Shown here piece by piece: positions 1 to 6,506 of a stretch of 33,874 bases of DNA. The position numbers and the translations under genes were made by a program. The stretch covers positions 1 through 33,874 of IMG/VR virus record IMGVR_UViG_3300010964_000013, one strand, 5' to 3'. The notes under the pieces are model-generated. The model was not told where the DNA came from. It did no database searches and worked only from the letters and a program-made list of their open reading frames with translations. Each line of letters opens with the position of its first letter. Positions within the stretch are counted from its first letter, which is position 1. Origin of the DNA: a virus (Duplodnaviria > Caudoviricetes).

Positions 1-312
1 TCAGAACGTCCCCTCGGCGGTGGCGATGCGGTCGAGATCGGCAGCCTCGTCGACATCGGGCCGGTGCAGCAGCCCCGGCATGTGGACGCCGAGGAACACC
101 CGGGCGCGGCGCCACAGCGCGCGCGTCGTCGCGTCGAGCGTGGCGGCGCGGTCGGGGCCGCCGGGGTGGCGACGGCGCAGTGCGCTGTCGAGATCGCCGA
201 GGATCAGGCAGGCGTCGGCCAGCGCCTCGGGCAGCGCGACAGGCGAGGCCATGCAGCGGCCCGCCGTCATGGCGGCCTGGAGGATCGAATTCGGGGTGCT
301 GTGGTCGGTCAT
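1..312 (-). CDS. Hypothetical phage protein of the leftward early operon (103 aa, MTDHSTPNSIL...)
   Basis: ATG at 312 is preceded by a GGAGA RBS on the minus strand; stop at 1-3; protein-like composition. Confidence 0.6.
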   Translation of the reverse strand: MTDHSTPNSILQAAMTAGRCMASPVALPEALADACLILGDLDSALRRRHPGGPDRAATLDATTRALWRRARVFLGVHMPGLLHRPDVDEAADLDRIATAEGTF

Positions 313-384
313 GCGGCATCTCCGGGCTGTGGACGCGGGGAGGGGGAGGGGTGGCGCGCGCACCCGTGCGGCGCGAGATTGGGT

Positions 385-413
385 GCCCGGCTCGACTGCG
401 ATTCGAGCCGGGC
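385..413. other. Perfect 11-bp stem-loop GCCCGGCTCGA-CTGCGAT-TCGAGCCGGGC
   Basis: Inverted repeat at 385-395 / 403-413, just upstream of the + strand cassette; no U-tract. Confidence 0.55.
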
Positions 414-450
414 CGCGAACCTCCCACGCACCAACCGCAGGAGATCCACG

Positions 451-594
451 ATGCCGTCAGGAGAAACCAAATGGTCGACAGGATCGCTGCCGCCGAAAGC
501 GGACGACGGGGGCAGGAAGAACGGCTGGCCGCCGCCGGCGCCGACGCCCCCGAAGGCACCGCCGCCGAGCCCGCCCCCGCCGAAGCCGAAGTGA
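451..594 (+). CDS. Small proline-rich peptide (47 aa, MPSGETKW...PPPSPPPPKPK)
   Basis: AGGAGA RBS at 439-444, ATG at 451; its TGA (592-594) overlaps the GTG (591) of the next ORF; 17 of 47 residues are Pro. Confidence 0.5.
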   Translation: MPSGETKWSTGSLPPKADDGGRKNGWPPPAPTPPKAPPPSPPPPKPK

Positions 595-1094
595 CGGAGC
601 GCGACGATCTGCTGTTCGGCGCCACCCTCGGGGCGATCTATCATCGCAGCCGCGAAGCCGCCTGCGACGCCATGCACCGGGCGGGGCTGGCGCTCACCAT
701 CTTCCTGAGCACCGGCGCGGTCGCCGCACTGGCGACGCGCAGCGGTCTCGCGACGGGCATCAGCATCGCGGTGGCGCTGGTGAGCGCCGCCAATCTCGCC
801 TTCGATTTCGCCGGCGCGGCGCGCCGGCACCGCGATCTGCGGCGGCCCTATCACGACATCGCGGCCGAGATCGCCACCACGCCCGACGCGGGCCTGCCGG
901 GGTTGCGGGCGCGGCTGATCCGCGCCGCCGCCGAGGCGCCGCCGCCGATGTGCGGCGCTCAGGCACTCGCGTTCAACGCGGCGGCCCGCTCCCTCGGCCG
1001 CGACGAGCGGGCCGGCTTCGCGCTCACGCTCCGCCAGCGGCTGCTGGCTCACGTCCTGCCGATGACCGGAGCGACGTTCGCCCGCCGCGGGTGA
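591..1094 (+). CDS. SLATT-like two-transmembrane protein (alternative start ATG 471)
   Basis: Pattern YH..RE....MHR, then two hydrophobic helices (AGLALTIFLSTGAVAAL; GISIAVALVSAANLAF), then F...ARRH..L...Y..I, as in SLATT 2TM effectors. ATG 471 also has an AGGAGA RBS. Confidence 0.6.
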   Translation: MTERDDLLFGATLGAIYHRSREAACDAMHRAGLALTIFLSTGAVAALATRSGLATGISIAVALVSAANLAFDFAGAARRHRDLRRPYHDIAAEIATTPDAGLPGLRARLIRAAAEAPPPMCGAQALAFNAAARSLGRDERAGFALTLRQRLLAHVLPMTGATFARRG

Positions 1095-1157
1095 GGCGGG
1101 CGCATCATCGGCGCTCTCTGAACCACCCTGCCGCATGGTTGCTCTCTCCAGCAGGAA

Positions 1158-1175
1158 GAGGGGCTTTCGCCCCTC
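1158..1175 (-). promoter_or_regulatory. GNRA-tetraloop hairpin GAGGGGC-GAAA-GCCCCTC in the PL transcript
   Basis: Perfect 7-bp stem with a GAAA loop on the minus strand, directly after the 35-aa ORF stop. Confidence 0.55.
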
Positions 1176-1177
1176 CC

Positions 1178-1285
1178 TTATTTTTTCGGCTGCTGGAGAT
1201 CGCGGATGAGCTGGGCCAGGGCCTGCTGAATGGTGAGCGGCTGGCTCGTGTAGCTCGGGGTCGGCTTGGTCTGGGTGGTGGTCAT
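1178..1285 (-). CDS. Small 35-aa ORF, first gene of the PL transcript (MTTTQTKPTPSYTSQPLTIQQALAQLIRDLQQPKK)
   Basis: Translated by hand (below the ORF-track cutoff); GAGGGG RBS just upstream of ATG 1285; TAA at 1178-1180; about 25 nt downstream of the PL -10. Confidence 0.65.
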   Translation of the reverse strand: MTTTQTKPTPSYTSQPLTIQQALAQLIRDLQQPKK

Positions 1286-1312
1286 CGGTGTCCCCTCGGT
1301 TTCGATGAGGAG

Positions 1313-1341
1313 ACGATAGAACAGTAAATTTACCGCGTCAA
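1313..1341 (-). promoter_or_regulatory. Leftward early promoter PL (TTGACG-17 bp-TATCGT)
   Basis: -35 at 1341-1336, -10 at 1318-1313, exact 17-bp spacer containing an operator. Confidence 0.75.
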
Positions 1342-1362
1342 TCTAAATGGGTAAAATTACTT
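1322..1362. promoter_or_regulatory. OL operators: CAGTAAATTTACCG (1322-1335) and GGGTAAAATTACTT (1349-1362)
   Basis: GTAA-N2-TTAC palindromes matching three sites between cI and cro. Confidence 0.75.
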
Positions 1363-1818
1363 CTTTTTGGCGCCCGCCGGGCGCTCCAGGTCCTCCTTGA
1401 TCCGGTCAAGGAGACTCTGCACGGCGACGGAATCGTGGCCGCCATCTACGTCCGTGCGACGTTCGAAAGCGGAGCCAGGATTGGTGATCACGGCCATATC
1501 GGCGAAGATCTTGGTCCCTCCGTCCACCGGCGCGAACGAGTAGGAAACCCGTGCGTTCGGCTGCGAGTCGTATTTGCTGCCAAGCAGCACTTGCACAGCC
1601 ATGTTTTCAACCGGCTTGTCGAAGGACAGTTCATAAGGAGTGTCTTTGGTGATCCTGTATTTCTGGGTCACCATCCAATTTACAACTTCAGGCTTTATTC
1701 TATCCGGTGCGGCGCCTTTCACGAAAACGGATGGGCGTGCATTGGAAACTGCCGTCTGGGATGGCGTTCCGCATCCTGCCAAGCCTACCCCGAGAACGAT
1801 GAGGACCCAGGCTCGCAT
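1357..1818 (-). CDS. Lipoprotein downstream of cI (candidate superinfection-exclusion / lysogenic conversion protein)
   Basis: MRAWVLIVLGVGLAGC signal peptide with LAGC lipobox; more A/T-ending codons than its neighbours; starts 14 nt after the cI stop. Confidence 0.75.
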   Translation of the reverse strand: MRAWVLIVLGVGLAGCGTPSQTAVSNARPSVFVKGAAPDRIKPEVVNWMVTQKYRITKDTPYELSFDKPVENMAVQVLLGSKYDSQPNARVSYSFAPVDGGTKIFADMAVITNPGSAFERRTDVDGGHDSVAVQSLLDRIKEDLERPAGAKKK

Positions 1819-1832
1819 TTTACACCTCTGAA

Positions 1833-2483
1833 TTACTTTGGCGTCATAAGTCGTACTTTGGCGGCCCACTCGACTTTCACATTCTTGATCGTATCGTCGT
1901 CACGGTTCGACTCAAGGTCGAAAAGCCCGTTCCTTCCTCGCCGAATGCGCTTCACGAGAATTCGGTCGTCGGCAAGGCCGACCACACACAGTTTTCCGAT
2001 CAGGTCGTCGGTGACGGGGCGACGGACGTCGTCGTAGAAGATCAGCCACCTGTCGAACAGCGATCCCAAGCTCTCTCCGCGAATTTCGACCGCGACTGTG
2101 TCCGGCGTGCTCCCGTCGGGAGCCTCGACCTCATCGAGATCGCCCTGCGCGACAGCGTAATAGTGGGTCTCCGCGCCCGCCCCGACGTAACCCTTGATCG
2201 GCACAAGGAGGCGGTCGGGCGGCGCCGGCAATTCGCTCTCACCGATCGTCTCGGGGCCGTCGCCGGTCATCAGCCACTGAGGTGTCGTCTCAAGGACGCG
2301 GGCGAGAGCCACGAAGGTTGCCGCTGTGGCGCCTTTGACGGTGATCTTGCCCGCCGCGCCACGCCGGAGATTGTAGATCGCGCTGTCGCTGAGCCCGGCT
2401 CGTCGGGAGGCCGTTGCGGCCTTCAGACCGACTGAGGCGAGTCGACGATTGATGCGCTCGACTATGTCCGTGATGTCGTCCAT
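1833..2483 (-). CDS. cI: CI-like repressor (HTH + S24 autopeptidase)
   Basis: N-terminal HTH (ATASRRAGLSDSAIYNLRRG...LARVLETTPQWLMTG), Ala-Gly cleavage site (VGAG), catalytic Ser (IRGESL) and Lys (LVKRI); divergent from cro. Confidence 0.93.
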   Translation of the reverse strand: MDDITDIVERINRRLASVGLKAATASRRAGLSDSAIYNLRRGAAGKITVKGATAATFVALARVLETTPQWLMTGDGPETIGESELPAPPDRLLVPIKGYVGAGAETHYYAVAQGDLDEVEAPDGSTPDTVAVEIRGESLGSLFDRWLIFYDDVRRPVTDDLIGKLCVVGLADDRILVKRIRRGRNGLFDLESNRDDDTIKNVKVEWAAKVRLMTPK

Positions 2484-2487
2484 GCCC

Positions 2488-2559
2488 CGGTAAGGTGACC
2501 GGCCGCGAGCAACAGGGGAAACAGTAAGATAACTGTTGACCGGAAAAGTAAACTTACCG
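2488..2559. promoter_or_regulatory. OR operators: CGGTAAGGTGACCG (2488-2501), CAGTAAGATAACTG (2522-2535), AAGTAAACTTACCG (2546-2559)
   Basis: Three 14-bp imperfect palindromes sharing the OL consensus, in the cI-cro intergenic region. Confidence 0.75.
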
Positions 2560-2564
2560 ATCGT
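2536..2564 (+). promoter_or_regulatory. Rightward early promoter PR (TTGACC-17 bp-GATCGT)
   Basis: -35 at 2536-2541, -10 at 2559-2564; same architecture as PL with an operator in the spacer. Confidence 0.7.
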
Positions 2565-2592
2565 GGTGCGCGTTTCCGATTCGGACGTGATC

Positions 2593-2856
2593 ATGAGCGG
2601 TATCGATCAACTGCTGTTGCTCGCCAGGACCTACGGGGCAGCGCACGGCATCGAGCTGTCGACCGTGAGCTGGCGAGTTTTCGGCGACACGAAGAAGCTC
2701 GGCGCTATCGCGGCCGGCGGTGACATCCAGGTCCGGCGCTTCGAGCGGGCTCTTCGCTGGTTCGCGGCTCACTGGCCGGCCGAAACCGCGTGGCCCCCCG
2801 ACGTCCCCCACCCTCCCGCCGATCTCCCCGCCACCAGCACGGAGGCTGCGCCATGA
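2593..2856 (+). CDS. cro: Cro-like small regulator
   Basis: 87 aa, divergent from cI; HTH-like LSTVSWRVFGDTKKL...DIQVRRFERALRWF..HWP, a pattern typical of alphaproteobacterial prophage Cro-position proteins. Confidence 0.75.
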   Translation: MSGIDQLLLLARTYGAAHGIELSTVSWRVFGDTKKLGAIAAGGDIQVRRFERALRWFAAHWPAETAWPPDVPHPPADLPATSTEAAP

Positions 2857-3287
2857 GCGGCACCCGAAAACCATCGCGCGGGCAGCCGAAAACGTCAAAG
2901 CGGCGCACCGAAGAGGGATTCGGTACCGGCACCGAAGAGCGATTCGGTAATCACCCCACGGCGATTCGGCAGGCGGACGAGATCCTGTTGACGGCGCGGC
3001 GGATTTGGCCGGCGAAGACCGCCGACCATCTGGCCGCCGTGTGCGGCGTGAGCAAGCGGTGCGCCGAGCTGTGGCTGTCCGGCGCCACCCAAATGTCGCT
3101 GCCCTCCTATCTGGCGCTGCTGTGGAGCGAGCACGGCCACGCCTTCCTCGGCGCCGCCATGGCCGAGGCCCCGGCGCCGCCGAAGTGGTGGGCGGCGCTG
3201 CGCCGTGAGCAGCGCATCGCGCTCGCTCGGCAAGCGGAGATCGAGGCGAAGCAGCGGCTGCGCCGCCTGGAGGAGGGCGAGGAATGA
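2853..3287 (+). CDS. CII-position HTH transcriptional regulator
   Basis: ATGA overlap with cro; HTH-like KTADHLAAVCGVSKRCAELWLSG; C-terminal coiled coil. Confidence 0.65.
   Translation: MSGTRKPSRGQPKTSKRRTEEGFGTGTEERFGNHPTAIRQADEILLTARRIWPAKTADHLAAVCGVSKRCAELWLSGATQMSLPSYLALLWSEHGHAFLGAAMAEAPAPPKWWAALRREQRIALARQAEIEAKQRLRRLEEGEE
2905..2949. repeat. Two 21-bp direct repeats GCACCGAAGAG(G/C)GATTCGGTA, each an ACCGAA-N6-TTCGGT palindrome
   Basis: Copies at 2905-2925 and 2929-2949, 24-bp period, one mismatch. Confidence 0.85.
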
Positions 3288-3850
3288 TCGTGCCGTCCCT
3301 GCACCTGATGATCGACATCGAGACCCTGGGCACCGCGCCGGACGCCGCGATCCTGTCGGTCGGCGCCTGCTACTTCGTGCCGTTCGCGGTCGCGGACGAG
3401 TCGATCATCGGCTCGGCCTACTACGCCGCGGTCGCCCCGGCCAGCGCCATCGCCGAGGGGTCGATCGATTCCGACACGTTGCGATGGTGGCTGACACAGC
3501 CGGAGGAGCAGCGTGCCGAGGCATTCGGCGGGACGACGCCGCTCCGGCTGGCGCTCGCGGGCCTGGTCGATTTCGTGCGCCGGTGCGCGCCCGATTGGGT
3601 GTGGGCCAACGCGCCGCAGTTCGACCTCGTGATCCTGGAGAGCGCCATGCGGCGCCTCGCGATCGAGGTGCCGTGGTCGTATCGGGCGCCGCGATGCGTC
3701 CGCACCCTCAAGGCGCTCGCCGGCGATCTGGTGGCGCCCCTGCCGCGCACCACGCCGGCCCACGATGCGCTCGCCGATGCCCGGCATCAGGCGATGGAGG
3801 TCGCCATCCTGTTGCGGGCGCTGCACGCCCGGACGGGAGGCGTGTCGTGA
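3284..3850 (+). CDS. DEDDh 3'-5' exonuclease (Rv2179c/DUF5051-like)
   Basis: HLMIDIETLG..PDAAILSVGA, VWANAPQFD, RCVRT and HDALADARHQA motifs. Confidence 0.88.
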   Translation: MIVPSLHLMIDIETLGTAPDAAILSVGACYFVPFAVADESIIGSAYYAAVAPASAIAEGSIDSDTLRWWLTQPEEQRAEAFGGTTPLRLALAGLVDFVRRCAPDWVWANAPQFDLVILESAMRRLAIEVPWSYRAPRCVRTLKALAGDLVAPLPRTTPAHDALADARHQAMEVAILLRALHARTGGVS

Positions 3851-4278
3851 TCCCCCTGCCGCCCGATGTCACATCGATCGTCGACGGCATGTATGGGCTC
3901 GGCGCGGTGGTGATCGAGCGCGAGCGCGGCCGCCGCACCTGGTCGGTGCGCGTCATGAATCGCGGCTGGGTGATGGCGCACGCCGTGGGCTCGCTCGCCG
4001 AGACCATCGGTCTCGCCCGGCGGCTGTCGCCGCTCGTCGCGCGGCACGGCGCCGACCGGCCGCTCGGCCCGCGCTTCTGGCGCGAGGTCGAGCGCATCGT
4101 CGCGGCGCATCATCGATTCCAATCCCGAGCGAAACCGCGCGAGATCATCGCGGCCAACGGACCATCGGCCGCGGAAGGTGTGAGACCGCGCGGGAGTAGG
4201 CTCGCCGGCGGGCGGACGCCGGCCGCCCCGGGGCTCCGGCCCCGGGGCACGAAATCGACCGGGAGGGCGCGCCGATGA
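3847..4278 (+). CDS. Hypothetical phage protein
   Basis: GTG start overlapping the upstream TGA (GTGA) with a GGAGG RBS; stop overlaps the next ATG. Confidence 0.6.
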   Translation: MIPLPPDVTSIVDGMYGLGAVVIERERGRRTWSVRVMNRGWVMAHAVGSLAETIGLARRLSPLVARHGADRPLGPRFWREVERIVAAHHRFQSRAKPREIIAANGPSAAEGVRPRGSRLAGGRTPAAPGLRPRGTKSTGRARR

Positions 4279-4541
4279 GCCCGTACGGCCGCGTCGTCCT
4301 GATCACGTCCGCGATGGTCGCGCTCGCCGCGGCCTACACGCTGATCCGCATCCGCCTGGCCGACCGCGCCTGCGTGACGGCGCCAGGTGGCGATCGCCCC
4401 GAGACGGCGCTGTCGGCGCCGCAGGGGTGGAGGGGGCCGGCCATTCCGATCCGGTCGGCCCCGCAGGGGCGGGGCGCCCAGTGCCGTGTCGTGGCGCCCC
4501 GCTCCGACGACGCTCTCGTCCGGCACGTCTCCGGAGTCTGA
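4275..4541 (+). CDS. Small hypothetical protein with an N-terminal hydrophobic helix
   Basis: GGGAGG RBS, ATGA overlap; VVLITSAMVALAAAYTLI segment. Confidence 0.55.
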   Translation: MSPYGRVVLITSAMVALAAAYTLIRIRLADRACVTAPGGDRPETALSAPQGWRGPAIPIRSAPQGRGAQCRVVAPRSDDALVRHVSGV

Positions 4542-4545
4542 TCAC

Positions 4546-4833
4546 ATGCGCGAGCGCGACACCTTCGATTTCATGCGCGAGCGCGAGGCGCCGCGCGGCC
4601 GCCACGGCGACGAGCCTGTGCGCGGCAACGATTCGGTGCGGGCCGATCTGGTCGATCTCGCACTCGTGCTGCGCATGGACAAGCCGCTCGCCATCGCGGT
4701 GACCGACCCGGCGGCGCCCGGCCGCGGCTGGGTGTGGCTGCCGAAATCGGCGATCGAGTACGAGCACCGCGGCGCCGGCGCCGTGGTGGTGACGATGCCG
4801 CGACGCCTCGCGGTGGAGAAGGGCTTGGTGTGA
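4546..4833 (+). CDS. Conserved small phage protein (WLPKS.IE...VTMP..LA.EKGL type)
   Basis: GGAG RBS; motif WVWLPKSAIEYE...VVTMPRRLAVEKGLV recalled from phage hypothetical proteins. Confidence 0.75.
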   Translation: MRERDTFDFMREREAPRGRHGDEPVRGNDSVRADLVDLALVLRMDKPLAIAVTDPAAPGRGWVWLPKSAIEYEHRGAGAVVVTMPRRLAVEKGLV

Positions 4834-4873
4834 GGAGATCGCGCGCCCACGCGCGCCAGCGGGAGGAAGCATC

Positions 4874-5539
4874 ATGAATCAGGTGGGTCGGAACACGCTC
4901 GCGGGCGAGACGCTGCGCAATTTCGTGGAGCGGATCGAGAACGAGGAGGCGCAGAAGAAGCAGCACAGCGACAACATCGCGGCGATCTGCGCGGAGGCGA
5001 AGGCGCAGGGGTTCGTGCCGTCGGCGGTGCGCTACGTGGTCAAGCAGCGCAAGCTCAAGCCGTCTGAGCGGCAGGAGAGCGAGACCCTGCGCGACCTGTA
5101 CATGCACGCCATGGGCATGGCGAGCGAGCCGCCGCTGTTCCGCGCGGTCGGTCTGATGAGCGTGGACATCGCCGTCAAGGAAGCGGTGATCGAGGCCGCG
5201 AAGGCGCTGGTGCCGGCGAACGGATCGATCACGATCGAGGCCGGCGGCTCGCCGGTCCGCCTGAGCCGCGACAAGGACGGCAACGTCGCGGTCACCGAGG
5301 TCGTGGAGAAGCCGGTCGAGCCGGTCGCCGCCGACGGGCGAAAGAAGCCGACGGCGCCGAAAGAGTCCGTCCCGGTGGTGAGCGCGGACGAGGCCGAGTC
5401 GCTCGGGCGGATCGCTCGCCGCGCGGACGTGCCGATCATCCAGAATCCGTTCCCCTACGGCCACCCGAACCGCCCTCACTGGGATCGCGGCTGGCGTGTC
5501 GAGGACGGCGGCGACGGCATGGGTCCGAGCGAGGACTGA
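4874..5539 (+). CDS. GapR-like (DUF2312) DNA-binding protein with a C-terminal extension containing an RMF-like motif
   Basis: LRNFVERIENEEAQKK...ICAEAKAQGF...VVKQRK...ERQESETLRDLYMHAMGM matches the GapR pattern; C-terminal G..A..A.....NPFP.....R..W..GW; GGAGG RBS. Confidence 0.82.
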   Translation: MNQVGRNTLAGETLRNFVERIENEEAQKKQHSDNIAAICAEAKAQGFVPSAVRYVVKQRKLKPSERQESETLRDLYMHAMGMASEPPLFRAVGLMSVDIAVKEAVIEAAKALVPANGSITIEAGGSPVRLSRDKDGNVAVTEVVEKPVEPVAADGRKKPTAPKESVPVVSADEAESLGRIARRADVPIIQNPFPYGHPNRPHWDRGWRVEDGGDGMGPSED

Positions 5540-5542
5540 TCC

Positions 5543-6475
5543 ATGGCCCGTGCGTTCGCCGAGATCGTGCAGCCGGACGAGGCCATCGAGCCGATCCTGG
5601 CGCGCCCCGTTCGCCAGGCGCTGCTCGAATGGCTGGAGGAGATTTGGACTGAGCCGGAGCTGATGGCGGTCGGCGTCAAGCCCCGGCGGCGTGCGCTGTT
5701 CGCCGGTGGCGCCGGCACCGGCAAGACCACGCTGGCGCACCATCTCGCGGCGCGGCTCGGCCTGCCGATGGCGATCGTGCGGCCTGACGACGTGTACGGT
5801 CGCTATCTCGGCACCGGCACCAGCAACATCAAGTATGTGTTCGATCAGGCCGAGGCGATCGAGACGCCCGTGCTGCTGTTCTTCGACGAGTTCGACACGG
5901 TGGCGCAGAAGCGGATGCGGTCCGGCGTCAACGAGGCGGCCGAGCACGACCACAATGCGATGATCAACACGCTCCTGGCGCGGCTCGATGCCTATCCGTC
6001 GTTCATCATCGCGGCGACCAACAGCGCGCAGTCGATCGACGAATCCGTGTGGCGGCGGTTCGACATTCAGATCGCGATCGAGCTGCCGGGCCAGTTCGAG
6101 CGCGAACGCATCCTGGCGCGCTACCTCGCGCCATTCGGTCTCGGCCGTGAGGGGCTGCGGCATCTCGCGGAGGCGTTCGCGACGGCGACGCCCGCGCTGA
6201 TCAGATCGTGGTGCGAGAATCTGAAACGGCAGATCGTGGTCGGCCCACGGTGCGGCTGGGACATGACCAAGCACGCCGTCGTCGAGCGGCTGATCGCCGC
6301 CGTGCAACCTCACCCCGATGCCGGCAAGCCACGGCTGTGGTCGCTCGGCGCCAAGGACCATGCGGTCGGCATGATGCCATGGCCCCTCCCGCGTTCGTGC
6401 GATGTCCCGGACGACGCGCCGGCCGGCGACCGCGACGACGGCGGGAACGTCGTCCGGCTCGGGAGCACACGCTGA
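5543..6475 (+). CDS. AAA+ ATPase
   Basis: Walker A GGAGTGKT, Walker B LLFFDEFD, sensor-1 IIAATN, SRH IDESVWRRFD. Confidence 0.92.
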   Translation: MARAFAEIVQPDEAIEPILARPVRQALLEWLEEIWTEPELMAVGVKPRRRALFAGGAGTGKTTLAHHLAARLGLPMAIVRPDDVYGRYLGTGTSNIKYVFDQAEAIETPVLLFFDEFDTVAQKRMRSGVNEAAEHDHNAMINTLLARLDAYPSFIIAATNSAQSIDESVWRRFDIQIAIELPGQFERERILARYLAPFGLGREGLRHLAEAFATATPALIRSWCENLKRQIVVGPRCGWDMTKHAVVERLIAAVQPHPDAGKPRLWSLGAKDHAVGMMPWPLPRSCDVPDDAPAGDRDDGGNVVRLGSTR

Positions 6476-6506
6476 TGCCCGTGGAATGGCAAGTCGGGAG
6501 AGAGCA

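Noticed and set aside
20-1327. 435-aa + strand ORF and many other long Arg/Ala/Pro-rich ORFs in the track (e.g. 4571-6526 -, 7926-9617 -, 14003-15826 -, 17533-19065 -, 28045-29475 -)
   Set aside because: Shadow frames of high-GC genes: no RBS or coupling, low-complexity composition, and full overlap with motif-supported genes.
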